From an uncultured delta proteobacterium (lineage in GTDB: Bacteria > Desulfobacterota > Binatia > UBA9968): a stretch of 64,000 nucleotides of DNA. Numbering within the stretch: the stretch's first letter is position 1; each line of letters begins with the position of its first letter. The notes beneath the pieces are model-generated. The model ran no database searches. It was given only the letters and a program-made list of their open reading frames with translations, and was not told the DNA's origin. Shown in pieces: positions 18,887 through 28,352 of the stretch. A program made the translations under genes and the position numbers. The stretch is taken from NCBI GenBank assembly GCA_963745035.1, contig CAVUVW010000021.1, forward strand, positions 320,001 to 384,000, given 5' to 3'.

Positions 18887-20004
18887 TAGAACTGCTCCAG
18901 CATGTCTTTCTGTAGTTGCTCGATCTCGCTGCGCACGTTGGTGACTCGATCCAAGGGTCTGCCCAGACGCTTGGCCTTTTCCATGATCTGATCGACTTTG
19001 GTGAGGATATTTCTGAGCTTGGTATGAAATTCGATGAGAGCGCGCGCCCGCTCGTCACTGGTTTGGCCGGGCTGTGCGGCGGACTCTCGGATCTCGCGCG
19101 ATTCATACAAGAGTTCGGCGATCTCTTCCTCGTAGCCCAGCAACTGCTCGCGAATCGTATTGCGCACCGTTTCGTGTTCCGCGGGATCGCGCCAGAGCAC
19201 GTGCTCAAGAAAAAAAAGATTCTTCTCCTGGACCTCGGAGGCGCCTTCCAGGAAAGCACGGGCCTGAAGCAGGGCGAGCGATTGGCGATAGCGCCGGTCG
19301 GATGCCTGGATATTCTTCTTGTTGAGCTCGCGGCGAATATCGGCGATGCCTCGGTACACGTGGGCTGGAATCGGCAGGGCGCGCACTTGCTGCTGCAGAT
19401 CGTTCAACTCGGCGAGGGAGAGCGCAGTGCGTTCGGCTTGCGTCTGGGATTCGAGCATTCTCAGAAAGCGAAAATCCTCGGCGATATAGCTGACCACGAA
19501 GCGAAGCAGGAAGCGGTCGTAGAGCGCGGTCAATTCCTCTTCTTCAGGCAACTCGTTGCTTGCACCGAAAAGCGTGAGCAGGGGTACGCGAGCGATTTCT
19601 TTGCCGTTGTGAAACAGCCGCTCGTTGATGAGCGTCAAGATGGCGTTGAGTATGGACGAGTTGGCTTTAAAAATCTCATCCAAAAACGCGATATGCGCCT
19701 CGGGCAGTTTGCGGCTCGTCACGCGGCGATAATCATCCTGCTCCAGGGCCTTCAGGCTGACGGCGCCAAAGACTTCTTCCGGCGTCGTAAAGCGCGTCAG
19801 CAGCCATTGAAAGTAATCGGCTCCCTCGATGCGCCGGCAAAGCTCGTCGGCGAGCATCGATTTCGCGGTGCCCGGGGGGCCGATGATCAACAGGTGATTG
19901 GAGGAAAGCAACGCCGCAAGCGCGCCGTCGATAAGATCGCCGCGCTCCAAAAACATTTGCCTCAGTTCTTCGCGGATCTTTTTAAGCTTGTCTTGTGAAT
20001 CCAT
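18886..20004 (-). CDS. ravA: RavA/MoxR-type AAA+ ATPase
   Basis: GPPGTAKS, LLTRFTTPEEVFG, FLDEIFKANSSILN, GASNELP, ALYDRF and SDRR motifs. Confidence 0.88.
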   Translation of the reverse strand: MDSQDKLKKIREELRQMFLERGDLIDGALAALLSSNHLLIIGPPGTAKSMLADELCRRIEGADYFQWLLTRFTTPEEVFGAVSLKALEQDDYRRVTSRKLPEAHIAFLDEIFKANSSILNAILTLINERLFHNGKEIARVPLLTLFGASNELPEEEELTALYDRFLLRFVVSYIAEDFRFLRMLESQTQAERTALSLAELNDLQQQVRALPIPAHVYRGIADIRRELNKKNIQASDRRYRQSLALLQARAFLEGASEVQEKNLFFLEHVLWRDPAEHETVRNTIREQLLGYEEEIAELLYESREIRESAAQPGQTSDERARALIEFHTKLRNILTKVDQIMEKAKRLGRPLDRVTNVRSEIEQLQKDMLEQF

Positions 20005-20111
20005 GGCCGCGTTTAATTTACGTTAGCAAAGGACCAGGTTATAGACAAACAATGGACAACCACCCCGCTTTCCGCTATTGGAAGTGGTACGTCTAACAGG
20101 AGGAGTTCCCG

Positions 20112-21122
20112 ATGATGCGATTCAAATTTTTCGCTGTCGTTGCTTTCATCCTGTTCTCTTTCGGCTCGGTTAGCGCCCAGGAGGCGAAACTGGTGGAAGC
20201 CGCAAAGAAGGAAGGCGGCAAAGTCGTCGTTTACGGTTCCATCGAAAATGACACGATGGATCTGATTTCGGCGGCGTTCAAGAAGAAAACCGGATTGGAG
20301 GTTGAATTCTGGCGCGCGGCGTCGACCAAAGTGATGGATCGGGTACTTTCCGAATACCGCGCCGGCAAACCGCTCTACGATGTGGCGTTGACCATCACGC
20401 CGCCGATGGAATTTTTGATCAACGAGGGCACTCTGGTTAAGTACGATTCGCCATCGGCGAAGGCATTTTCCAAAGAAATGATTCATCCCAACCTGGGGCC
20501 GCAATACCGCAACAGCGTTATCGGCGTCGTATATCACGCCGGCATCATCAAGCCAGCGGAGGCGCCGAAGTCGCTGGAGGATCTGCTCAAGCCCCAGTAT
20601 CGCGGCAAACTCGTCATGCCGGACGCAAGTCAGCACACGACGACGGCCCAGTGGCTCGCCAGCTTGCACAAGATCATGGGGAAGGAAAGAGCCGATAAAT
20701 TCATTCGCGATCTGGCGGCGACAAAACCGCTGTTGGTCGAATCGTTGACTCCGGCGGGTGAGCGCATCACCACCGGCGAGACTCCCATCGGCATCGCCTT
20801 TTTGAAGAACGTGGTCTTCTACGGACAAAAAGGCATACCGTTGGATTACGTCAGGCTGGGGAAATTCATGGGGGACGGTAATGCCATCGGGTTGGGTTCC
20901 AAAGCTCCTCATCCCAACGCGGGCAAAGCTTTTATCGACTTTTTCCTGGGCGAAGAGGGACTCAAGATCATGGCGAGTATCGGCGAGTTCGTCACCCGCA
21001 AAGGCATCTATCCGCCGATCCCGGATGCCGACAAGATCGAGCTGGTCGAGATGATCGACATGGATAAGAAGGCGTACGCGGAAAAAATGGCCGAGTATCG
21101 AAAGATTTTCCTGCAGAAGTGA
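20112..21122 (+). CDS. ABC extracellular solute-binding protein (AfuA/FbpA-like cluster)
   Basis: Signal peptide; AKKEGGKVVVYGS, PKSLEDLL and APHPNAGKAFIDF motifs; AGGAGGAG RBS. Confidence 0.87.
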   Translation: MMRFKFFAVVAFILFSFGSVSAQEAKLVEAAKKEGGKVVVYGSIENDTMDLISAAFKKKTGLEVEFWRAASTKVMDRVLSEYRAGKPLYDVALTITPPMEFLINEGTLVKYDSPSAKAFSKEMIHPNLGPQYRNSVIGVVYHAGIIKPAEAPKSLEDLLKPQYRGKLVMPDASQHTTTAQWLASLHKIMGKERADKFIRDLAATKPLLVESLTPAGERITTGETPIGIAFLKNVVFYGQKGIPLDYVRLGKFMGDGNAIGLGSKAPHPNAGKAFIDFFLGEEGLKIMASIGEFVTRKGIYPPIPDADKIELVEMIDMDKKAYAEKMAEYRKIFLQK

Positions 21123-21123
21123 A

Positions 21124-21153
21124 CGTTCAAGCCGTTCAAACTGTTCAAGCCGT
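21124..21153 (+). repeat. 9-mer tandem array (single arm)
   Basis: cgttcaagc cgttcaaac tgttcaagc cgt immediately after the stop codon. Confidence 0.7.
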
Positions 21154-21187
21154 CGGAGTTTGGGATTGATTCCCAGCAGAGGTTCTC

Positions 21188-22786
21188 GTGGTCGATAGTG
21201 AGTGGGACGTCATTCTGATCGGCGCGGGGCAAAACAATTTCGCCCTGGGCACCTATCTCGGCAAGGCCGGTCTCAAGACCGTGATCTGCGAGAGCCGGCT
21301 GGAGAACGGCGGGCGGCTCGCCAGCGAAGAGATCACTCTGCCCGGCTACTGGCACAACACGCTCGCTTACTTTCAAGACAACCGCGAAGCCTCGCCGGTG
21401 TGGAAAGAACTGGACTGGGCGAACGGCTATCATGCGGAGTTCGTCTCGCCGCCGGTGGTGAGCTCGTTGCTGCTTGGCAACGGACGGTCCATTTCACATC
21501 ATCAGTCCTGTGAAGCCACGGTTTCCGGGATCGGAAAATATTCGCGTAACGACGCGGCGGCATGGCGCACAACGGATGACCGCTTTCATAAACTCATTCG
21601 CGACTACATCATTCCCTACTATCATACCCGTCCGGAGAAGACGGGTGGCATCCTGCAAAAGCTCGGCGCAGAGCCTCACGGCAAAGAATTCCTCCGCCTT
21701 TGGCAGATGACGCCGCGGCGAGTTGTCGATGAGCTTTTCGAAAGCGACGCGGTCAAGACCCTGGTCCTGTCGCAGATGGCAATCCCGCGCGGCGTTGCAT
21801 CAGACTACCCGGGCGGCGGGATCGAAGTCTTGAAAATAATCGCGGGTGACGAGAAGCCCGAACTCGCGCGCGGCGGCTCCCATTCGATCGCCCAGGTCTT
21901 GCAGCGCGCCTATGTTCACAGCGGCGGCCAGATCCGTGCCGTGCATCACGTCGAGAAAATTCTCGTCGACGATAATGGCCGGGCCGTCGGCGTGCGGCTG
22001 CGCGATGGACGCGAATGGAAAGCGCGGATCGCTGTCGTGTCGAATAGCGACCCATACTCGACCCTTATCGACATGGTGGGAGAAGACTATCTACCGCGAA
22101 CGTTTGTCGAGCGGGTGAAAGATATCCAGCTCGATGAGTTCTGCTATTTCCAGGTTCATCTGGCTCTCAAGGCGCCGGTCCGATACGCCCTATATGAAGC
22201 TGATGACGGAGCCGTCGCTCAGGCTATGAACGTCAACATGGGACCGGAATCGCCAGGCGATATCGACGAGATGTGGCGCGAGATTCGAGCGGGCGAGTTC
22301 CCCGAGCATATGGGCCTGCATGCCATCTGCCCGACGGCTTTCGATCCTTTGCAGGCACCGAAGCCGAAGCATGCCGCGTCGGTATACGTTCCGGTTCCAT
22401 TTCAATTGAAGGGCAAGAATCCAGAAGACTGGGTCAAGCTCAAAAACACTTTTATGGAGAAAGTCTTGAACGTCTGGCGGCGCTATGCGACCAATCTGAC
22501 CGACGACAACATCGAAATGAAAGTGGCGATGGATCCTTTTTATATGTCCGGCCGCTGGCCGAACATGCGGCGCGGCTCGGTTTGGGTCGCGCGCAAGATT
22601 GCCACACAAATGGGCGAGCAGCGGCCCATCGAACAGATCGCCGACTATCGCACGCCGATCCAGGGGCTCTACCAGGTAGGAGTCGCCATGCATCCGGCCG
22701 ACGCGGTCATCGCCGGCTCAGGATACAACTGCTGGCAGGTTATGAAGGAAGATTTGAAACTTTCGAAACCTCCGATAACGATTTGA
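21188..22786 (+). CDS. Phytoene dehydrogenase-like FAD oxidoreductase (COG1233), copy 1
   Basis: DVILIGAGQNN, GGRLAS, GGSHSIAQ, DPLQAP and YRTPIQGLY motifs. Confidence 0.85.
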   Translation: MVDSEWDVILIGAGQNNFALGTYLGKAGLKTVICESRLENGGRLASEEITLPGYWHNTLAYFQDNREASPVWKELDWANGYHAEFVSPPVVSSLLLGNGRSISHHQSCEATVSGIGKYSRNDAAAWRTTDDRFHKLIRDYIIPYYHTRPEKTGGILQKLGAEPHGKEFLRLWQMTPRRVVDELFESDAVKTLVLSQMAIPRGVASDYPGGGIEVLKIIAGDEKPELARGGSHSIAQVLQRAYVHSGGQIRAVHHVEKILVDDNGRAVGVRLRDGREWKARIAVVSNSDPYSTLIDMVGEDYLPRTFVERVKDIQLDEFCYFQVHLALKAPVRYALYEADDGAVAQAMNVNMGPESPGDIDEMWREIRAGEFPEHMGLHAICPTAFDPLQAPKPKHAASVYVPVPFQLKGKNPEDWVKLKNTFMEKVLNVWRRYATNLTDDNIEMKVAMDPFYMSGRWPNMRRGSVWVARKIATQMGEQRPIEQIADYRTPIQGLYQVGVAMHPADAVIAGSGYNCWQVMKEDLKLSKPPITI

Positions 22787-22862
22787 ACGGCTTGAACCTT
22801 TTGAACGATTGGAACGAACTGTTCGTTCAAGCCGTTCAATAGTTCAAATCGTTCAAGCCGTT
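22777..22862. repeat. Adjacent inverted 9-mer arrays forming an approximately 40-bp hairpin
   Basis: aacgatttg aacggcttg aaccttttg aacgattgg aacgaac t gttc gttcaagcc gttcaata gttcaaatc gttcaagcc gtt. Confidence 0.85.
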
Positions 22863-22874
22863 TAGGACAACTGA

Positions 22875-24501
22875 ATGATGGCTAAAATCTTAGAGTACGA
22901 CGGCGTCGTCATCGGCGCGGGGCACAACGGGATGATTTGTGCCGCGTACCTGGCCAAGTGCGGCCAGAAGGTCATGGTCGTCGAGAAGAATATGGAAGTC
23001 GGCGGCGGTCTGGACTCCCACGAGGACCGCAATTATCCCGGCTTCTGGCACAACATCCATTCGGTGTTTCATCGCGGCTTGATGATGCTGCCGTGGTTCA
23101 AAGACCTCGAGCTGGAGAATTTCGGCATTCATTACTACAGGCCCGATCCGGGGGTCGTGCATCATTTTCTCGACAAGACCTATCTTGGCTGGTTCGCCGA
23201 CGTAAAAAAGACCGTTGAAACCATCGAGCGTTTTTCCAAGAAAGACGCGGCGTCGTTCGTGGACATCTGGACGCGCTGGCAGCCGGTGGTGCAGAAGATC
23301 GTTTTTACCGAGACCTATGCCGTGCCGCTGCCGATGGAAGAGAAGCGGCCGCTGCTCGAAAAGATTCCCGAGGGCCGTGAGTATCTGAAGTACTTCGACA
23401 CTACGCCGGAAGAATTCGTTCTCAAGCACTTCGAGCATCCCCGCGTGCGCGCTTTCATCGGCTTTCTCGGCGTGATGCGCGGCTACGAGCTGGACGCGCC
23501 GCAGACGGGTTATTTGATTCCGGCGATGATCGCCTGGGGCGTCAACCCGCAACTTTGCCGCGGCACCTCCCACGCGCTCGGCGACAATCTCGCGCACATG
23601 ATGTCGCACAACGGCGTCGACTATGTCGAAGCCAACGGCGTCGAGCGGATTCTCGTGGAAAGAGGGCAGGCCACGGCTGTGGTGCTCGAAGACGGCACCG
23701 TGATCAAGGCGCGGAAGTTCATCGCCTCCAACGTCAATCCGGTGGAAACTTTCATCAAGCTTGTCGGCAAGGAGAATCTGGAACCGAAATTCGCCGATCT
23801 TGCGGGCAATTTTCGCTTTTCCAAGACGACGCCGATCTTTGCCGTCAATCTGGCCCTGAACGAACGGCCGAAGTACATCACCGAAGAAAAGCATCCGGAG
23901 GTCGCGGGCTCGTTCATGCACATCGTCGGCTTGGAGGAGTATCAGGACCTGGTGAATCTCTTCGAGGACTGCCGCAACGGTCAGCTACCGCGGAAACCGT
24001 TCATGAACGGCGCCACGCCGTCCTATCACGATCCGACCCAGGCTCCGCCGGGAAAAGCGACGGCGTTCATGTGGCAGCTCATGACCTACAATCTCTGGGG
24101 CAACCCGCTCAATTGGGACAAGGCGCGCCACGAATGGTTCTACAAGCAGCTCGCGGTCTGGCAAAAGTTCGCGCCGAACCTCGACGAGACTAATATACTT
24201 TCCACCGATTCGACGACGCCGCTCGACATCGAGCGCCACGATCGCAACATGTACTGCGGCGATTGGATGGTCGGTGAGTATTCCGGCGATCAGGCGCTGG
24301 AGAACCGGCCGTTTCCAGGCTGGGGCCAATACAAGACTCCGATCGACGGCTTATTCATGTGCGGCTCATCATGCCACCCGGGCGGTAACATCACCGGCGC
24401 TCCCGGCTACAACGCCGCGCAAAGTGATTGCCGAATCGCTGGGCATGAAGCCGTGGTGGAAACCGGTAGACATGCGCGAGCATCTCAAGGGACTGGCGTG
24501 A
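22875..24501 (+). CDS. Phytoene dehydrogenase-like FAD oxidoreductase (COG1233), copy 2; frameshift near 24421
   Basis: GAGHNG, VGGG, DPTQAPPGK, TPLDIER and YKTPIDGLFMCGSSCHPGG..GAPGYNAA; natural tail VIAESLGMKPWW lies in another frame ending at 24501. Confidence 0.87.
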
Positions 24502-24509
24502 AGACGAGT

Positions 24510-24593
24510 TGGAGTATTGGAGTGATGGAGTGGTGGAGTGATGGGTCCGAAGCGCTTGGACCGTTCAAAGGTTCAACCGTTCAAAGTTCAACG
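24510..24593 (+). repeat. 8-mer TGGAGTRN array followed by a GTTCAA 7/8-mer array
   Basis: tggagtat tggagtga tggagtgg tggagtga tgg; then gttcaaag gttcaacc gttcaaa gttcaac. Confidence 0.8.
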
Positions 24594-24613
24594 TCGCAAG
24601 CCGAGAGGCAGTT

Positions 24614-25357
24614 TTGAGACTCACAGGCAAAGTCGCGATAGTTACCGGTGGCGCGCGCCATATCGGCGCGGCTTATTGTCGCAAGTTTTCCGAAGAGGGC
24701 GCGGCGGTAGTTATTGCGGATATTCTCGACGGCGAACCTGTGGCAGCAGAAATTAGAGCGAACGGCGGCCGAGCGCTTGCCGTCAAGGTCGACGTATCCA
24801 AAGAAGAAGACACGAATCGCATGGCGGCCGAGGCGGTGAAAGCCTTCGGCCGCATCGATATCCTGGTCAACAACGCCGCCATCTTCATCAACATCCAGCG
24901 CCATCCGTTCTACGAGATCAGCGCCGAAGAGTGGGACAGAGTTTCCGCAGTCAACATCAAAGGGCCGTTTCTCTGCGCCAAAGCGGTCTTTCCGCAAATG
25001 AAAGAGCAGAAGAGCGGCAAGATCATCAACATCTCATCATCCACCGCATACTGGGGCACGCCGAACTTTCTTCACTACGTCGCTTCCAAAGCGGCGCTGA
25101 TCGGGATGACGCGTTCCTTGGCGCGAGAGGTCGGGAGCCACGGCATCTGCGTCAACGCGATTGCGCCGGGATTGGTCGAGCACGAAGGACAGAATGCCCC
25201 CAAGGCGCTCACCGAGCTGCAACTCAAAGAACGGTCCATCAAGCGCCTCCAGACACCCGAAGATCTGATGGGAACGCTGGTGTTCCTATGCTCGTCAGAC
25301 AGCGACTTCATGACCGGCCAGGCAATCGTAGTGGATGGCGGGAGTATTTTTCACTAA
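24614..25357 (+). CDS. Short-chain dehydrogenase/reductase (FabG-like)
   Basis: TGGARHIG, ILVNNAA, YVASK, VNAIAPG and TGQAIVVDGG motifs. Confidence 0.92.
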   Translation: MRLTGKVAIVTGGARHIGAAYCRKFSEEGAAVVIADILDGEPVAAEIRANGGRALAVKVDVSKEEDTNRMAAEAVKAFGRIDILVNNAAIFINIQRHPFYEISAEEWDRVSAVNIKGPFLCAKAVFPQMKEQKSGKIINISSSTAYWGTPNFLHYVASKAALIGMTRSLAREVGSHGICVNAIAPGLVEHEGQNAPKALTELQLKERSIKRLQTPEDLMGTLVFLCSSDSDFMTGQAIVVDGGSIFH

Positions 25358-25393
25358 AAGGTTTGTTGAATCGTAAATTGGAATGAGGTTGCG

Positions 25394-25879
25394 ATGAAAG
25401 GAAAAACACTAACGGCTCTCTTGATCTCTTGTGCAATTATAGGACTATTTTTTCCTCCAGCGTTTTCGGTAGACGCTCCACAATCGAAAGAGGCCAAACA
25501 AATTGCAGCGCTGGTCGACAAGGCGGCGGCTTTAGCTGAGAGTAAGGGAAAAGCCGCCTTCCCGGAATTCAAGAAGAAGGACAGTGAATGGTTTAAAGGA
25601 GAAACCTACATCTATATTCTTGATATGAAGGGCACTACGCTAGTGCATCCTGCCAATCCGGAACTGGAGACAAAAAGCACACTCGACCTGAAAGATGTGA
25701 ATGGAAAGGCTTTCATTCGGGAGTTCATAGAGACAGCCAAAAAAGGCTCGGGTTGGGTGGATTACATGTGGCCTAAACCAGGTGAAAAAAGCCCCTCCAA
25801 AAAAATAAGTTACGTCAAGAGTTCCAAGATGCCAAGCGGAGAAACAGTTGTCGTCGGGGCCGGAATTTTCGTGAAGTAA
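25394..25879 (+). CDS. Stand-alone secreted single Cache-domain protein
   Basis: Signal peptide; YIYILDMKG, HPANP, DLKDVNGK and GSGWVDYMWPKP motifs; visibly more AT-rich than its flanks. Confidence 0.85.
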   Translation: MKGKTLTALLISCAIIGLFFPPAFSVDAPQSKEAKQIAALVDKAAALAESKGKAAFPEFKKKDSEWFKGETYIYILDMKGTTLVHPANPELETKSTLDLKDVNGKAFIREFIETAKKGSGWVDYMWPKPGEKSPSKKISYVKSSKMPSGETVVVGAGIFVK

Positions 25880-25953
25880 TAGGATGAGCATCGAAAACTA
25901 GCGCGTCCGTTTTCTAATGGACAGTGGCCGGTTTCGTTGGCTATATTTCGCCT

Positions 25954-26577
25954 ATGGCTGAACATGATCACGATCACGATGAAGGCTCCAATCTTTCCGA
26001 GATGGATCTGCGAGTGCGCGCGCTCGAGACGATCCTGGTCGAGAAGGGATACATCGAGACGGCCGCACTCGATCGCATCGTCGAGCTTTACGAAACCAAA
26101 ATCGGGCCACACATCGGGGCGCAACTTATCGCCAAGGCATGGACCGACGCTGCGTTTCGGCAGTCGCTTCTAGAGGATGCAAGCAAAGCGGCGGGCACGC
26201 TCACGCAAGTTGGACGAGTCGGTGACCACCTGCTGGCGATCGAGAATACGCCGCAGATGCATAACATTGTCGTGTGCACGTTGTGCTCGTGTTATCCGAC
26301 GGATGTGCTCGGCCTCCCGCCGACATGGTACAAGTCGTTCCCGTACCGTTCGCGTCTCGTAAAGGAGCCCCGCGCGGTGTTGGCGGATTTCGGCGTCGCG
26401 CTTCCCGCCGAGACGGAGATCCGGGTTTGGGATTCGACGGCCGAGACTCGTTATATGGTCGTGCCGATGCGTCCGGCTGGAACTGAGGGCTGGAGCGAAG
26501 CGCAGCTTGCCAAATTAATCACGCGCGACTGCATGATCGGCGCCGGCCTGCCGAAAAAACCAAGCGAGGTGGCCTGA
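25954..26577 (+). CDS. nthA: Nitrile hydratase alpha subunit, cobalt type
   Basis: VVCTLCSCYP metal-binding motif (Thr/Tyr indicates Co type); LGLPPTWYKS; VWDSTAE; His-rich N-terminus. Confidence 0.95.
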   Translation: MAEHDHDHDEGSNLSEMDLRVRALETILVEKGYIETAALDRIVELYETKIGPHIGAQLIAKAWTDAAFRQSLLEDASKAAGTLTQVGRVGDHLLAIENTPQMHNIVVCTLCSCYPTDVLGLPPTWYKSFPYRSRLVKEPRAVLADFGVALPAETEIRVWDSTAETRYMVVPMRPAGTEGWSEAQLAKLITRDCMIGAGLPKKPSEVA

Positions 26578-27236
26578 TGGACGGCGTTCACGATATGGGC
26601 GGCATGGACGGCTTCGGCAAGGTCGAGCCCGAACCGAACGAGCCGGTTTTTCATCATCGATGGGAGGGCCGCGTGCTGGCGATGAGCCGCGCCATCGGCG
26701 TCTTCCGCGCGTGGACGATAGATACCAGCCGTTATGCAATCGAATTGATGGCGCCGTCGATCTATTTGACCCGCTCCTACTACGAGAAATGGTTTCTGCG
26801 TAATCAAAACCTGCTCATCGAGCGCGGCCTCATCGACGCCGACGAAGTCGCCGCTGGGCACGCTCTGCGCCCCGCGAAGAATCTGACTCGCGGCCCGTTC
26901 ACATTCGCCGATGTGGAGAAGGTCACAAAACGTGGTTCGTACAGCCGCCCGGCGCCCGCGCCGGCGCAGTTCAAAGCCGGCGACCGCGTGCGCACGAAGA
27001 ACATTCACCCAACGACGCATACGCGCTTGCCGCGCTACGCCCGTGGTCGCGTCGGCGTGGTCGAGCGACTGCACGGCGCGCATATCTTTCCGGACTCCGT
27101 AGCCTCCGGCAAGGGGGAAGACCCGCAGTGGCTTTATACCGTGCGCTTCGATGCCCAAGAGCTTTGGGGCGCGGACGCGGACGCCAAATTAAAAGTCTCC
27201 ATCGAAGCGTTTGAGCCCTATCTCGAACATGTCTGA
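26577..27236 (+). CDS. nthB: Nitrile hydratase beta subunit
   Basis: MDGVHDMGGMDGFG, SYYEKW, HTRLPRYARG and LYTVRFDAQELWG motifs. Confidence 0.95.
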   Translation: MDGVHDMGGMDGFGKVEPEPNEPVFHHRWEGRVLAMSRAIGVFRAWTIDTSRYAIELMAPSIYLTRSYYEKWFLRNQNLLIERGLIDADEVAAGHALRPAKNLTRGPFTFADVEKVTKRGSYSRPAPAPAQFKAGDRVRTKNIHPTTHTRLPRYARGRVGVVERLHGAHIFPDSVASGKGEDPQWLYTVRFDAQELWGADADAKLKVSIEAFEPYLEHV

Positions 27237-27624
27237 ATCATCCATCGATCCGGAAATCGCCCGGCACGCCGCGGAAGCAGTTCCAGGCATTCCGCGCGAC
27301 GAGAAAGGCCCGGTCTTTCGCGCGCCCTGGGAAGCCCATGCGTTTGCCATGGCGCTGGCGCTTTATGAAAAAGGTCTGTTCGCCTGGAGCGAGTGGGCCG
27401 CAATGCTCGGCGAGGAAATCAAGAAAGCCCAAGCCGCCGGCGATCCCGACACCGGCGAAACCTACTACCACCATTGGCTTGCCACACTCGAACGCATGGT
27501 CGCGGAAAAAGGCGCGACCTCAACGCAGGCGCTAACGGAGCATTACCAAGCCTGGGAGCGTGCGATGCACAGAACCCCTCATGGTAAGCCCATTGAGTTA
27601 AGAGCCGAAGACTTTCGTAAATGA
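27229..27624 (+). CDS. Nitrile hydratase accessory (P14K/NhlE-like) protein
   Basis: PVFRAPWEAHAFAM, YYHHWLATLE and TPHGKPIEL motifs; overlaps the nthB stop. Confidence 0.92.
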   Translation: MSESSIDPEIARHAAEAVPGIPRDEKGPVFRAPWEAHAFAMALALYEKGLFAWSEWAAMLGEEIKKAQAAGDPDTGETYYHHWLATLERMVAEKGATSTQALTEHYQAWERAMHRTPHGKPIELRAEDFRK

Positions 27625-27769
27625 GGGGGCCCGAAGTAGGGCCTAACCTTGCCATCTTGCATCATCAAATCGGTATATGCTGCGCAGACAAGCCAGTGAA
27701 CAGAAAGGTTCGCGTCCCTTATTCCCTATAGTCAATACGAAGCCTGACACCGCTGCTGTCCCTTCACGC

Positions 27770-28175
27770 GATAGTTAGGGATGCCGAGCGAGGAGAATTG
27801 AGTCGATGGATACGGGGGTCAAATCGCGAGATGCTGCACAAGGGCGGCGGGCCCGGTTGATTTTGTTGCGCGCCGATGGCGAACGTTACGGGTTGATTCG
27901 CAACAAACTGGACTGCGACACCAACTTCATTGCTCGGTGGAAGATCCGGTTTGTGGATGAGCGCGTGGCGGGACTTTACTCGCCTCAGGGTGGTCGATTC
28001 GGCAGAACCTGGCAGACAACGACAACAGGCTCGCATTCTTAAATGGATTACCCAGAGAAAGCCCGCGGACGGCTCTACTCACTGGAGCAGTCGCAAATTG
28101 TCGTTTGGAACTCGGCGATGTCTCGCCTATGAGCGATACGACCGAGACGGGGTCAGGCATAACACTCTCTACAAT
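27770..28175 (+). mobile_element. Degraded IS630-family transposase fragment
   Basis: RRARLILLRADG...IARWKIRF...GLYS, then after a frameshift KPADGSTHWSSRKL (typical IS630 HTH region); no intact DDE domain seen. Confidence 0.7.
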
Positions 28176-28352
28176 CTTTCCGAAGTGCCACGAGCGAATA
28201 CCGCGAGGGTGAGATCTTTACCTTTGCACGGCTACCAACTTGTCGAGCTGCCTCAGCTCGGACCAATCCCCGATCAAGCCACTGAGAGAAAGACCGCAAG
28301 AGTCTTACTTATGTGATTGCGCGCAGCCATGCTCCAAGCGCGGCCTTTACAG

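Noticed and set aside
21188-24501. Carotenoid biosynthesis (crtI)
   Set aside because: No phytoene synthase or prenyltransferase is nearby; the context is catabolic
14929-24593. Short repeat arrays as CRISPR
   Set aside because: Units are 7-9 bp and contiguous, with no unique spacers and no cas genes
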